Source: Mobula hypostoma | Taxonomy: Eukaryota | Assembly (NCBI RefSeq): GCF_963921235.1 | Contig: NC_086097.1 | Location: 178,252,001 to 178,316,000 of the forward strand | Length of the DNA stretch: 64,000 nucleotides | Direction: 5' to 3' | Shown: one piece after another, positions 1 to 12,394 of the stretch | How positions within the stretch are numbered: the first letter of the stretch is position 1 | Layout: each line of letters begins with the position of its first letter | The notes under the pieces: generated by a model | The model's input: only the letters and a program-made list of their open reading frames with translations | The model's database searches: none | Told to the model about the DNA's origin: nothing | Translations under genes and position numbers: made by a program

Positions 1-209
1 GACTTCCGCCTCCAGCTCAGCTGTACCTCAGAGTTCAATGGCAGCCATTTGCTGTTCTAACATGTGATGCAGATGGCTGCATGCAGTTATAAAGTACAGA
101 AGGGGGAAGGCTTTTAATGTAACCCAAGAAACAGGTTTTTCCACAGTCAGGGCGGTGGGTGTGAAGTATGAGCAGCTGGGGAAGTGATTGAGGCAAGTAC
201 AATAACCTG

Positions 210-810
210 CATCGCGGGGAGGTTCATCGAGAAGATTAAGGTGCATGGGATCCAACTAAATTGGCTTGTCCGTGGAAGACAGGATAGCGTTCAGCAGGGG
301 CTCTTCTGACTAGAGGCCCTGACTAATCATGTTCCGCAGGGACCTGTAATAGGACCTCGGCAGTTTGTGAGATATATCAATTACCTGGATGAAAATATAG
401 GTGGGTGGGTTAAAAAGTTTGCAGACGATACAAAGATTAGAATATAAAAACAAGAATTTAATACTGGGGCTTTATAAGGCATTGGTCAGACAGCACTTAG
501 AGTATTATGAGCTGTTTTGGGCCGCTTATCTAAGAAAGGATCAGCTGGCAATGGAGAGGATCCAGAGGAAGCTCACGAGAATGACAGGGTTAATGTATAA
601 GTAGCGTTTGATAGCTCTGGGCCTGTAGTCACTGGAGTTTAGAAGAATGGGGGGTGGGGGGGGGTCTCAATGAAACCGACTGTATAAGCCTATTGAAAGG
701 CCTAGATAGAGTGGACATGGAGAGGATGTTTTCTATAGTACCAGAGGGCATAGCCTCAGAATAGAAGGATGTCCCTTCAGAACAGATGCAGAATTTCTTA
801 AACCAGGGTC
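210..810 (+). mobile_element. Degraded CR1 LINE ORF2 3' fragments
   Basis: ORF 401-604 contains LYKALVRQHLEYYELFWAAYLRKD..ERIQRKLTRM, the typical CR1 C-terminal motif; a KFAD RT motif lies just upstream. Confidence 0.85.
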
Positions 811-1758
811 ACAAAAATTTGATTGAAGTCTACAGACTTCCAAAGCTATCTTGACTAAACTTCCTCATGACCCTGCTCCCTGTAAGGACTCCATCCCACA
901 TTCCTTTTCCTCCCTCTCAGCCAGTTTTGCTGTTGTGATGTGTTGTATTTTCTGATCAGTTGTCAAGTTTTCTTGCTGCTAGTCTGACTATGTTAATCAT
1001 ACTGTCACCATGTTTCATTGCATATCATCTACAAAATGGAATGAAGTTGCTCAATGTCCTGCAGCAAACTCTGTCAGACCCACCACCTCTCTGTAACTGA
1101 AAAGGACAAAGCCTTCAGCTGAGTGATTATTATCCTGCCACCAACCGCTTCCCCTCCAAGTCACTCAGTATTTCTACTTGGAAATATATGGCTATTCCTT
1201 TATGGTCACTGTGTCCGTGTTCCAGAAATCTCTCCCCAACAGCAGCATGGGCACACCTTCAACACAGTGACTCCGGCAGCTCATCAGGTTAGCTCGACCA
1301 CACACCTTCTCAAGGGGCATTTGGGGCATGGGCTTTAAATGTTGGCTTGCAAACCGCACTCTGATCCCATGAATGATTGAGAACCAGATAGGACAGGAGA
1401 AATATCAGTCATGAACAAAGTAGGAGTATTTCTCCGCAGTAACAGAAACTTGAAGGGCATTGTCCTGCCTCTGGCACAGGAACGGGTCTGAACACGGCGG
1501 GATTTGCACTTTGCCCTCATTAATTAACATGAGATTGCTCTGTTCATCAGTACAGTACCTGTAGGTCAGGCGCAAGCAGTGGTAACTGAATGGCTTTTGA
1601 CATAGTTTACATTTCATTGGAACCCTGACTGCACAGGAATCTTCAGAAAAAAGCGCTTGCTAAATTTTCACGTGTTTTTTTTTGTTCTCCAGATTTACTT
1701 TTGAAATATTGTGGGCTTGTAGTTGAAAAGCCATTAACTGTTTTCCTGTTTGATGTAG

Positions 1759-1851
1759 GCAGTAATGACTACAGTTACCAGCATCCATCGTATCCTGAGC
1801 AGGCCTTTGAAAGGCCTTACGAGGATCCCTTACAACATTACTACGAAGGAG
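1759..1851 (+). CDS. SS18: SS18 internal coding exon, 93 nt (equivalent to the alternatively spliced exon 8 of mammalian SS18)
   Basis: Acceptor ttttcctgtttgatgtag at 1757-1758, donor gtatat at 1852, phase 1-1. Translates (G)SNDYSYQHPSYPEQAFERPYEDPLQHYYEG, matching SS18 GHNDYGYQQPSYPEQGYDRPYEDSSQHYYEG as recalled. Not captured in the ORF track. Confidence 0.93.
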
Positions 1852-2556
1852 GTATATAAAAAAAATATACCTTCACGTTACACACACATGGTTTGCCCTA
1901 AACTGCTTAATCAAACCTCACCTTCAACCCTCCCCACCCAACCCCTCACCTTGCAAAGCTCTAGTAGAGCATTAGGTGCTGATTGATCTAAGGACTATGT
2001 AGCTTCAGAATTAATTTCTTTTACCAATGCTTATAATGGGTAGTTTTAACACTTCTAACTTCAATACTGCTTTGAAAACCTAAATACATATTGTGCTTTT
2101 AATACAAAATCTTTAAAAAGATTAACACTCACACAGATGTTGAGTCAGTAACTCAGTACACAGCACCAAAGTGAAATCTGCTTGTTGACTTTATTTTATT
2201 TAGCTAGTCTGTGCTCTGTACTGGTCTTTTATGGTGTTTATTTTCCCCTTTAGTGTAGCTTTTCTAACTGTTCGGTTGCAGCAAGTGTAAAATTTGGTTG
2301 CAACTTGAAGGGTTAATGCAAAATGTAAAATGTTGCTTGGCCTGCAAATTTGTATGGCCTCCTTTTGGTTTGGTTTGGAAGCTTTCTCATTTTCCTGACC
2401 TTTCTGCTTTCCTGCTCCCACTTCTCCCTCCTCTCCCACACCCAACTCTCACTGCTAAAGGTCCTTGTCTCTGCTTCACCCATGGAGCTGAGCTCCCTGA
2501 TGTTTACTGGTGCTCTGAGGGTGGATATTCATGCTTCTGCCACGTGTCTCTTATAG

Positions 2557-2676
2557 GTAACCCACAGTATGGGCAGCAGCAAGATGCCTACCAGCAAGGG
2601 CCACCACAGCAGCAGAGTTACCCCCAGCAGCAGTATGCAACACAGCAAGGTTACCCTCCACAGCAGCAGGGCTACG
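2557..2676 (+). CDS. SS18: SS18 internal coding exon, 120 nt, QPGY domain
   Basis: Acceptor gtctcttatag at 2555-2556, donor gtaagt at 2677, phase 1-1. Translates GNPQYGQQQDAYQQGPPQQQSYPQQQYATQQGYPPQQQGY. Confidence 0.95.
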
Positions 2677-2879
2677 GTAAGTAACTCGGACCGGCTTAAT
2701 GACATCTTTCTTTTAGCATAGTGACCAAAACTGAATATGCTGTTCCAAATACAGCCCTGCCAGTGTCTCGTACCAGTTATTGTGTGCATTCAATAGTCGC
2801 TAGAGAATGGAGCATAAGATATTTTAGCTGTACAGCATGGAATCTAGTCCCTCAGAGCAGAATTAGGCCATTCAGCTCA

Positions 2880-3075
2880 TGAGGACTGGTATATTCCCTC
2901 AATTTCCCCTTCCTGAAGTTCACGATCAATTCTTTAGTCTCACTGATGTTAAGTGCAAGGTTGTTGTTGGTGACACCACTCAACCAGCTGAACTGTCTCA
3001 CTCCTGTACGCCTCCTCATCACCATCTGAAATTGTGCCAGGAACTTGAAACTGCTCACACTCAACAATGCTGACA
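2880..3075 (-). mobile_element. Rex1/Babar-like LINE RT fragment
   Basis: NNLALNISETKELIVNFRKGK motif in ORF 2852-3193. Confidence 0.65.
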
Positions 3076-4032
3076 GTTCAATAAGGACTGGTGTGTGTTC
3101 CCTCTTAAACATCCCTAACATAAACTTGGAGCTCCTCTCCATCCAAACAGCTTGTTCCACTGAAACTGATTTCTGACTGGTGTGTCCACTCATGAAAAAT
3201 TAAACTGGGCTAAGGATGATCTCAGAAGGCTTTGCATCACTCATCACAGGTGTGTCTCTGGTATTATGAAGAAGGATTTGGGGATGAGCCTTAACAACTT
3301 GCATGGAAGCTATAATGATCAAGGTATAGATGTGGGGCAGTTTCCTTTGAAGGGATGAGAAGTGTTTTAGTTTTGGATGTTCCCTCACATTTGTACTTCT
3401 GTTTTCCTCACTTTCCTCCTTTTTGATCCCTTCTTCCTTTGGAAAGAGTTACATAAGAGCTGAAGAACTCAAAGCTCTAAGACAGGATGTAGTGATATGC
3501 AGAGCAGACTCAATGTGCTGAGTGGCCCGATTCTGCTCCTATGTCTTAAGGTAATCCATCTTGGTTTGTAGTATTTGCTATCACATCAATCTATATTACA
3601 CATTTCTTATTGGTAGTATTTTCGAAGTACTATTTGTGTAGCTTAACAAGGCATTGACAGGGAGATCTGGATGGTGCTGCTGTAAGTCTGGGCTAGGTTT
3701 ATCTGTGTATCTAATGAGATACAGCATGTAGTAGGCCCTTCCGGCCAGCAACCCTTGATTTAACCCTAGCCTAATCACGGGACAACTTGCAGCAACCAAT
3801 TAATCTACCAACTGGTATGTCTTTGGAACTGTCGGAGGAAACCTACGCGGTCACGGGGAGAATGTACAAACTCCCTATGAGCAGCGGCAGGAATTGGCTG
3901 CCAGTACCAGTACTGTAAAGCGTTGTTTATCTCAGTGAAAAACAGATACTAGGTGCAGGGAACAAGACTGTTAGGAATGCCCCACTACAGAGGTCTTATC
4001 CGGTCAGTGTGAGGGGTAGCAAGTCTTCAGTG

Positions 4033-4259
4033 ACGATGCTGTAACCACTAGGTGCAGTAGTTACGATGCTGTAACCACTAGGTGCAGTAGTTACGATGCT
4101 GTAACCACTAGGTGCAGTAGTTACGATGCTATAACCAGTTATGATGCTGTAACCCCTAGGTGCAGTAGTTACGATGCTATAACCAGTTATGCTGTAACCA
4201 CTAGGTACAGTAGTTACGATGCTATAACCAGTTACGATGCTGTAACCACTAGGTACAGT
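4033..4259. repeat. Minisatellite of a 30-bp unit and an 18-bp deletion variant
   Basis: Unit A is acgatgctgtaaccactaggtgcagtagtt; unit B is acgatgctataaccagtt. Order is A A A B A B A B A(partial). Confidence 0.95.
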
Positions 4260-4834
4260 GAAGATTTCCCTCGTATTGCTAGGGACCAGAAAACCACCGA
4301 GCTATTGAATTAGATCCAAGAGTTTTTCAAAGGAAGTACTGTACCTGTATTGGTGACCCTGAATATCCTGTTCTTTTAAGAAACCCATCTGGTTTTGGTT
4401 TTCTAATTCTTTAGAGAAAGAGGGTTGATGCCCTTGCCCAGTCTGTCATTTTATAAGTCTAGACAAAAAGCAATGTTTAATTAAGGATTGGCCCTTTTAA
4501 TTTGTTACATATACATCAGTGAAATATATTTTGTTGATTTTTGATGCAAACAGTCTGAGGACTTGCTGGGGCAGCCCATTAGTGTCACCCTACTTCCAGC
4601 ATCAATGTTGCATGCCTACAACTCACTAACTCTAACCCATACCGTCTTTGGAATGTGGAAGGAAACCCGAGCACCCAGGGGAAACCCATGTGGTCATGTG
4701 GAGAACATACATATTTCTACAGCATTGGTGGGAATTGAATCCCTATCGCTGACACTGTAAAATTCTTACACGAGCCACTGTCTACGAAATAACTGGGTCT
4801 CCTGCTTGAGTGATGGACAGCAGATCCCAACCTT

Positions 4835-6972
4835 AAACACAAAATACTCTGCAGATGCTGGGCTCAAAGCAACACTAACAACACGCTGGAGGAACTCAGC
4901 AGGTCAGGCAGCATCCGTGGAAACGATCAGTCAACGTTTCGGGCCGGAACCCTTCGTCAGGACTGTAAGGGGAAGGGGCAGAGGCCCTATAAAGAAGGTG
5001 GGGGGAGGGTGGGAAGGAGAAGGCTGGTAGGTTCCAGGTGAAAAACCAGTAAGGGGAAGGATAAAGGGGTGGGGGAGTGGAAGCAGGGAGGTAATAGGCA
5101 GGAAAGGTGAAGAAGGAATAGGGGAAAGCACAATGGGTAGTAGAAGGAGGTGGAACCATGAGGGAGGTGATAGGCAGCTGGGGGAGGGGGCAGAGTGACA
5201 TACGGATAGGGGAAGGGAGGGGGAGGGAATTACTGGAAGTTGGAGAATTCTATGTTCATACCAAGGTGCTGGAGACTACCTAGATGGTATGTGAGGTGTT
5301 GCTCCTCCAACCTGAGTTTAGCCTCATCATGGCAGTAGAGGAGGCCATGTATGGACATATCCAAATGGGAACATGAAGCAGAGTTGAAGTGGGTGGCAAC
5401 CGGGAGATCCTGTCTGTTGTGGCGGACGGAGCAGAGGTGCTTGACGAAGCGGTCCCCCAATCTGCGTCAGGTTTCACCGATGTAGAGGAGGCCGCACCGG
5501 GAGCACCGAATGCAATAGGTGACCCCAACAGACTCTCAAGTGAAGTGTTGCCTCACCTGGAAGGACTGTTTGGGGCCCTGAATGGTGGCAAGAGAGGAGG
5601 TGTAGGGACAGGTGTAGCACTTGCGCTTACAGGGATAAGTGCCAGGTGGGAGATCCGTGGGGAGGGACTTGTGGATCAGGGAGTCGCGGAGGGACCGATC
5701 CCTGCGGAAAGTGGAGAGAGAAAGATGTGCTTAGTGGTGGGTTCCTGTTGAAGGTGGCGGAAGTTGCGGAGGATAACGTGCTGGATCAGGAGGCTGGTGG
5801 GGTGGTGGATGAGGACCAGGGGAACTCTGTCCCTGTTGTGGTGGCGGGAGGATGGGGTGAGGGCCGAAGTGTGGGAAATAGAGAAGATGTGGGTGAGGGC
5901 ATCACTGATGACGGCAGAAGGGAAACCACGATCCTTAAAGAAAGAGGACATTTGTGATGTCCTGGAACAGAAAGCCTCATCCTGGGAGCAGATGCGGCGG
6001 AGATGGAGGAACTGGGAATAGGGAATGTCATTTTCGCATGTAGTATGGTGGGAAAAGGTATAGTCAAGGTAGTTATGAGAGTCAGTGGGCTTGTAGAAGA
6101 TGTCAGTGGACAGTCTGTCTCCAGAGATGGAGATCGAGAGATCGGGAAAGGGGAGAGAAGTGTCCGAGATAGACCAAGTGAATTTGAGGGCTGGGTGGAA
6201 GTTTGAAATAAAGTCGATGAAGTTGACGAGCTCAGCATGGTTGCAGGAAGCAGCACCAATATAGTCGTCAATGTAGCGAAGGAAAAGTTGGGGAGCAGTA
6301 CCAGTATAGGTTTGGAGCACAGACTTTTCCACATAACCAACGAAGAGGCAGGCATAGCTGGGGCCCATGCGAGTGCCCATAGCTACACCCTTGGTCTGAA
6401 GAAAGTGGAAAGAGCCAAAAGAGAAGTTATTAAGTGTGAGTACCAGTTCCGCCAACTGGAGGACGGTGGTACTGGTGGGGAACTGGTGAGGTCTATTGTC
6501 CAGAAAGTAGCGGAGGGCTTTGAGGCCTTCTTGATGGGGAATGGAGGTGTATAAGGATTGGACATCCATAGTGAAAATGAAGCGGTCGGGACCGGGGAAC
6601 TGGAAGTTATTGAAGAGGTGGAGGGCATGGGATGTATCCCAGATGTAGGTGGGGAGGGACTGAACTATGGGTGACAAAATGGAGTCCAGGTAGGCAGATA
6701 CAAGTTCGGTGGGGCAGGAGCAGGCAGAAACTATGGGTCTACCGGGACAGTCAGGCTTGTAGATTTTGGGGAGGAGGTAAAACCGAGCAGTACAGGGCGT
6801 GGGAATTATGAGTTTTGTAGCTGAGGATGGAAGGTCTCCGGAGTTGATAAGGGTGGTGATAGTATGGGAGACAATGGTTTGATGTTTTTTGGTGGGGTCC
6901 TGTTTCAGGGGTAAGTAAGAGGAAGTGTCAGAGAGCTGCCGTTTGGCCTCAGTGAGGTAGAGGTCCGTCCGC
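4835..6972 (-). mobile_element. 5'-truncated Penelope-like retroelement (RT plus GIY-YIG endonuclease)
   Basis: RT motifs KIYKPDCPGRPIVS, TMDVQSLYTSIP, GVAMGTRMGPSYACLF and FLRYIDD. The downstream frame gives YCIRCSRCGLLYIGET*RRLGDRF...HFN...GMN (GIY-YIG, with a frameshift and a stop). Perfect 14-bp TSD cagatcccaacctt at 4821-4834 and 6973-6986. Confidence 0.95.
4928..4965 (-). ncRNA. Minimal type I hammerhead ribozyme motif in the Penelope 3' terminal repeat
   Basis: Minus strand reads CAGUC-CUGACGA-A-GGG(UUCCGG)CCC-GAAAC-GUU^GACUG: intact core boxes, 5-bp stem I, 3-bp stem II, palindromic ACGU in place of stem-loop III. Confidence 0.85.
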
Positions 6973-7357
6973 CAGATCCCAACCTTGTTCTTACCCAGTG
7001 AGTAAATGCAAACTGCAAAGCTCACAGAGGTACCCTGTGCACAAACTGGATTTTCCAGTCTATTGGCCAGTACAATCCCTGCCATTCTCTCACAAGGCAT
7101 GGTAGTCAGGCCACTGGTGAAATAAACTGGAAGCTGAAAGCAAATACTGAGAGTTTTTTATTCCAGGGTGGAGAGCTTTAAACTGTCGGGGTAAGGTGGG
7201 AGTGAAGATTGTGACCTTGGGGGTGAACAACTACGGCCACTTTTTTAAAAAGACTTTTTGAACTTATTAGAACCTACAATAGCAGAGGAACAGATCCCTT
7301 GGCCCACAATTTTGTTGCAAACTAATTAAACAAATAGTTGAGCTCAGAGACATGAGA

Positions 7358-10300
7358 TTAGAACCCTAGAACATTACAACACAGAAACAGGCCTTTTGGC
7401 CCTTCTTGGCTGTGCCAAACCATCTTTCTGCCTAGTCTCACTGACCTGCACCTGGACCATATCCCTCCATACACCTCTCATCCGTGTACCTGTCCAAGTT
7501 TTTCTTAAATGTTAAAAGTGAGCCCGCATTTACCACTTCGTCTGGCAGCTCATTCCATACTCTCACCACTCTCTGTGTGAAGAAGTCCCCCCAATGTTCC
7601 CTTTAAACTTTTCCCCCCCCACCCTTAACCCATGTCCTCTGGTTTTTTTCTCCACTTGCCTCAGTGGAAAAAGCCTGCTTGCATTCACTCTGTCTATACC
7701 CATCATAATTTTATATACCTCTATCAAATCTCCCCTCATTCTTCTACGCTCCAGAGAATAAAGTCCTAACCTATTCAACCTTTCTCTGTAACTGAGTTTC
7801 TCAAGTCCCGGCAACATCCTTGTAAACCTTCTCTGCACTCTTTTCAACCTTATTTATATCCTTCCTGTAATTTGGTGACCAAAACTGTACAGAATACTCC
7901 AAATTCGGCCTCACCAATGCCTTATACAACCTCACCAATGCCTTACACAACCTCACCATAACATTCCAACTCTTATACTCAATACTTTGATTTATAAAGG
8001 CCAATGTACCAAAAGCTCTCTTTATGAGCCTATCTACCTGTGATGCCACTTTTAGGGAATTTTGTATCTGTACTCCCAGATCCCTCTGTTCTACTGCACT
8101 CCTCAGTGCCCTACCATTTACTTTGTATGTTCTACCTTGGTTTGTCCTTCCAAAGTGCAATACCTCACACTCATCTGTATTAAACTCTATCTGTCATTTT
8201 TCAGCCCTTTTTTCCAGCTGGTCCAAGTCCCTCTGCAAGCTTTGAAAACCTTCCTCACCGTCCACTACACCTCCAATCTTTGATCCAGTTTACCACATTA
8301 TCATCCAGATCATTGATATAGATGACAAATAACAATGGACCCAGCACTGATCCCTGTGGCACACCACTAGTCACAGGCCTCCACTCAGAGAAGTAATCCT
8401 CCACTACCACTCTCTGGCTTCTTCCATTCAAACAATGTCTAATCCAATTTACTACCTCTCCATGTATATCTAGCGACTGAATCTTCCTAACTAACCTCCC
8501 ATGCGGCACCTTGTCAAAGGCCTTACTGAAGTCCATGTAGACAACATCCACTGCCTTCCCTTCATCCACCTTCCTGGTAACCTCCTTGAAAGTCTAATAG
8601 ATTGGTTAAACATTACCTACTATGCACAAAGCCATTTGACTCTCCCTAATAAGTCCCTGTCTATCCAATTACTTGTAGATCCTATCTCTCAGTACCCCTT
8701 CCAATAATTTACCTACTACCGATGTCAAACTTACCGGCCTATAATTTCCCGGATTACTTCTAGAGCCAGAGCTATCCTGCAATCCTCCGGCATCTCACCC
8801 GTAGATACCGACATTTTAAATATATCTGCCAGGCCCCTTGTAATTTCAACACTAGTCTCCTTCAAGGTCCGAGGGAATACCCTGTCAGGTCCTGGGGATT
8901 TATCTACTCTGATTTGCCTCAAGATAGCAAGCACCTCCTCCTCCTCCTCCTCAATCTGTATAGGTTCCATGACCTCACTACTTGCTTATTTCCATTGACT
9001 CCATGCCAGTTTCCTTAGTAAATACAGACGCAAAAAAACCCATTTAAGATCTCCCCCATTTCTTTTGGTTCCATACATAGCCGACCACTCTGATCTTCAA
9101 GAGGACCAAATTTATCCCTTACTATCCTTTTGCTCTTAATATACCTGTAGAAGCTCTTTGGATTATCCTTCACCTTGACTGCCAAAGCAAGCTCATGTCT
9201 TTTAGCCTTTCTGATTTCTTTCTTAAGTATTTTCTTGCACTTTTTATACTCCTCAAGCACCTTATTTGCTCCCTGTTTCCTATACATGTCATAAATCTCT
9301 CTCTCCTTTTTTTTAATCAGACTTCCAATATCCCTTGAGAACCAAGGTTCCTTATTCTTATTCACTTTGCCTTTAATCCTGACAGGAACATACAAACTCT
9401 GCACTCTCAAAATTTCTCCTTTGAAGGCCTCCCACTTACCAAACACATCCTTGCCAGAGAACAACCTGTCCCAATCCACGCTTTTTAGATCCTTTCTCAT
9501 TTCTTCAAATTTGGTCTTTTTCCAGTTTAGAACCTCAACCCGAGGACCAGATTTATCTTTATCCATAATCAAGTTGAAACTAATGGTGTTATGATCACTG
9601 AAACCAAAGTGTTCCCCTACACACACTTTTGTCACCTGTCCTAACTCGTTTCCTAATAGGAGATCTAATATTGCATCCTCTCTAGTTGTTATTTCTATAT
9701 ATTGATTTAGAAAACTTTTCCTGAACACATTTTTACAAAATCTAACCTGTCTAGACCTTTAACAGTATGGGAATCCCAATCAATATGTGGAAAATTAAAA
9801 TCCCCTACTATCACAAATTTGTTTCCTGCTGTTGTCTGCTATCTCTCTGCAGATTTGTTCCTCCAATTCTCGCTGAGTATTGGGTGGTCTATAATACAAC
9901 CCCATTAATGTGGTCATACCTTTCCTGTTTCTCAGCTCCACCCATATGGCCTCGGTAGACAAGCCCTCTAATCTGTCCTGCCTGAGCACTGCTGTAACAT
10001 TTTCCCTGACTAGCAATGCCACTCCCCCACCCTTCATTCCTCTGCCTCTATCATGTCTGAAACATCAGAACCCTGGAACATTAAGCTGCCAGTCCTGCCC
10101 CTACTGCAGCCAAGTTTCAATAATGGCTACAATGTCGTAATTCCATGTGTCGATCCATGCCCTCAGCTCGTCAGCCTTCCCCACAATACTCCTTGCATTG
10201 AAATAGACACACATAGACAGAAGATTATTACCACCACACACAATCCTTCTATTTGTGACTTTGCATGATCTTTTAACATTTATTTTCACCCCTGCTCCAC

Positions 10301-10465
10301 TATCTACTCTGGCACTCTGGATCCCATCCCCCTGCAAATCTAGTTTAAACCCTCCCCAAAAGCACTAACAAACCTCCCTGCAAGGATATTGGTCCCCTTG
10401 TAGTTCAGGTGTAACCTGTCTCTCTTGTACTGGTCCCACCTGCTCCAGAAGAGGTCCCAATGATC
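7358..10465 (-). mobile_element. CR1 LINE: nearly complete ORF2 (APE endonuclease plus RT), frameshifted, with the end of ORF1
   Basis: [85 protein letters not shown] and LYKALVRPNLEY occur in collinear ORF pieces. Confidence 0.95.
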
Positions 10466-10855
10466 CTGAAATTTGAAATGCTGCAAATCTTGAGACACAG
10501 ACACTCAACAGGTCAGGCAGCATCTGTGGAGGGAAATAAAGAATTGCCATTTCATCTGATAAAGGGTCTCAACCCAGAATATGAATTATTTCCTCCTTGG
10601 ATGCTACTTGACCTGCTCAGGTCCTCCAGCATTATGTATGTGGTACGAATTAAGTTTGCCTCTTCGCTTACATGAGGCCCTAAATGAGTTCCTGCACTTA
10701 CGTACCTAGTTAAAAGCTTCTTAAACACGTCTTTAGTACCTGCCTCCACCATGACCCCAGCAGCGAAATCCAGGCACCCAAAACTCTGTGTACATAATAA
10801 TAAAAAAAGACAACTTGCATATCTCCTTTTACACCCTCTCACCTGAAATTCATTT

Positions 10856-11580
10856 AGACTACAAGATGCGGGAGCAGAATTGGGTCATTTGGCCTATAGG
10901 GTCTGCTCTGCCATTTCATCATGGCTGATCAATAGCCCTCTCAGCCCTGGTCTCCTGTCTTTTCCCCATAACCCTTCATGCCCCGACTTATCAAGAACCT
11001 AGCAACCCCTGGCTTAAAGGTACCAAATGACTTGGCCTCCACAGCCGCCTGTGACAATGGATTCCACAGATTCGTAACCCTCTGGCTAAAGAAATACCTC
11101 CTCGTCTCTATTCTAAAGGGATGTCTCTCTAGTTTGAGGATCTGTCCTCTGGTCTTAAATTCCCCCACCATAGGAAACATCCACTCTTGCAACATTGATA
11201 GATTTCAATGAGATCTGAATTCTAGTGAGTACGGGCCCAGAGCCATCAAACACTCCTCATATGATAAGCTTTTCATTTCCAGAATCATCTCTTGAATCTC
11301 CTTTGAAACTTCTCCAATGTCAGCACGTCCTTTCTTAGATAAGGGGCCCAAAACTGCAGTTCAAGTTTGTCCAACCTTTCCTTAGTGTGCATACCCTCTA
11401 ATTCTGGCAGGATTCTGGTGAACTACTTCTGCAGTCTCTCCAAAGTCTCCACATCCTTCCTAGAAGTGGGCAACTGTAATTGAATACAATACTCGAATGC
11501 AGCCAAGTCAGATTTCTATAAAACTGCAACATAACTTCCTGACTCTTGAACTTGATGTCTCAACTAATAAAGGCAAGCCC
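10856..11580 (-). mobile_element. CR1 LINE 3' end fragments
   Basis: TRGQILKLERHPFRIETRRYFFSQRVTNLWNPL motif and the CR1 3' UTR (ggagcagaattgggtcatttggcc on + strand). Confidence 0.85.
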
Positions 11581-11891
11581 AGTCCCAAAAATAACCCGAG
11601 GAAAAGCTTACTAATGCAGTGAAGAGTTGAGGTTGGGCATCTGCAGAGGAAGGTTCCACAACTTAGCAACTGAGCGTTGAAGCGAAAGCTGGTAAGGAAA
11701 GAAACTGCAGATCTGTGGGGAAAGGACAGGGGAGTGGGGCTTTATTGGGTTGCTTCTCAATTGAGCCAGTGTAGATACATTGTGATGAGCAGCCTCCTTT
11801 CATGATGTAAGTTCTCTGACTGGCAGGGCCGGGGAGTTTAGTCTCCAAGTAGACTCGTCAACAATACTTTGATTGCTTCTTCTGTTTCCAG

Positions 11892-12019
11892 GTCCTTCAC
11901 AAGGAGCTCCTGGCCAGTACGCCAGCTATCCCCAGGGTCAGGGGCAGCAGTATGGAGGGTACAGACCACCTCAACCTGGTCCACCGCAGCAGCAGCAGCG
12001 ACCCTATGGATATGATCAG
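11892..12019 (+). CDS. SS18: SS18 penultimate coding exon, 128 nt
   Basis: Acceptor ttcttctgtttccag at 11890-11891, donor gtacgg at 12020, phase 1-0. Translates GPSQGAPGQYASYPQGQGQQYGGYRPPQPGPPQQQQRPYGYDQ. YGGYRP-QPGPP and YGYDQ favour SS18 over SS18L1. Confidence 0.95.
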
Positions 12020-12394
12020 GTACGGGATGTATGCTGTGTTCATGTGGATTGGCTGAGCCAGACCTAGTTCACTTTCCCATCAGACTCCCTTTACAAAAGT
12101 GAAGATAAAGATTAGCTTTATTTGTCACATGCACATCGAAACATGCAGTGAAATGCATCATTTGCATCAACAACCAACACAGTCCAAGGTTTGCTGGGGG
12201 CACCCCACAAGTGTTTGCCAATCCTCCAGTGCCAACACAGCGTGGCCACAACTTTCTAACCCGTATTTATCATATAACTTTGGAATGTGCCAGAGTCTGA
12301 AATCTACACTGGTACCTGGAGAACTTAAATTTAAATATTTAAATAAATGCAAGCATGAAGGGAGTGGGGTGAGAAGAACCTCATTGAAATGGAA

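Noticed and set aside
2298..2684. 128-aa ORF as a stand-alone gene
   Set aside because: Only 2557-2676 is exon, bounded by AG and GT; the rest is intron read in frame.
4033..4259. CRISPR-like array (30-bp repeats)
   Set aside because: No spacers; a simple tandem minisatellite.
6973..7100. N-terminal extension of the 474-aa Penelope ORF
   Set aside because: It lies in and beyond the TSD; flanking DNA is open in frame by chance.
7909..7958. 21-bp in-frame duplication in CR1 ORF2 (VRLCKAL-VRLYKAL)
   Set aside because: A real slippage duplication, but in a frameshifted dead copy with no functional implication.
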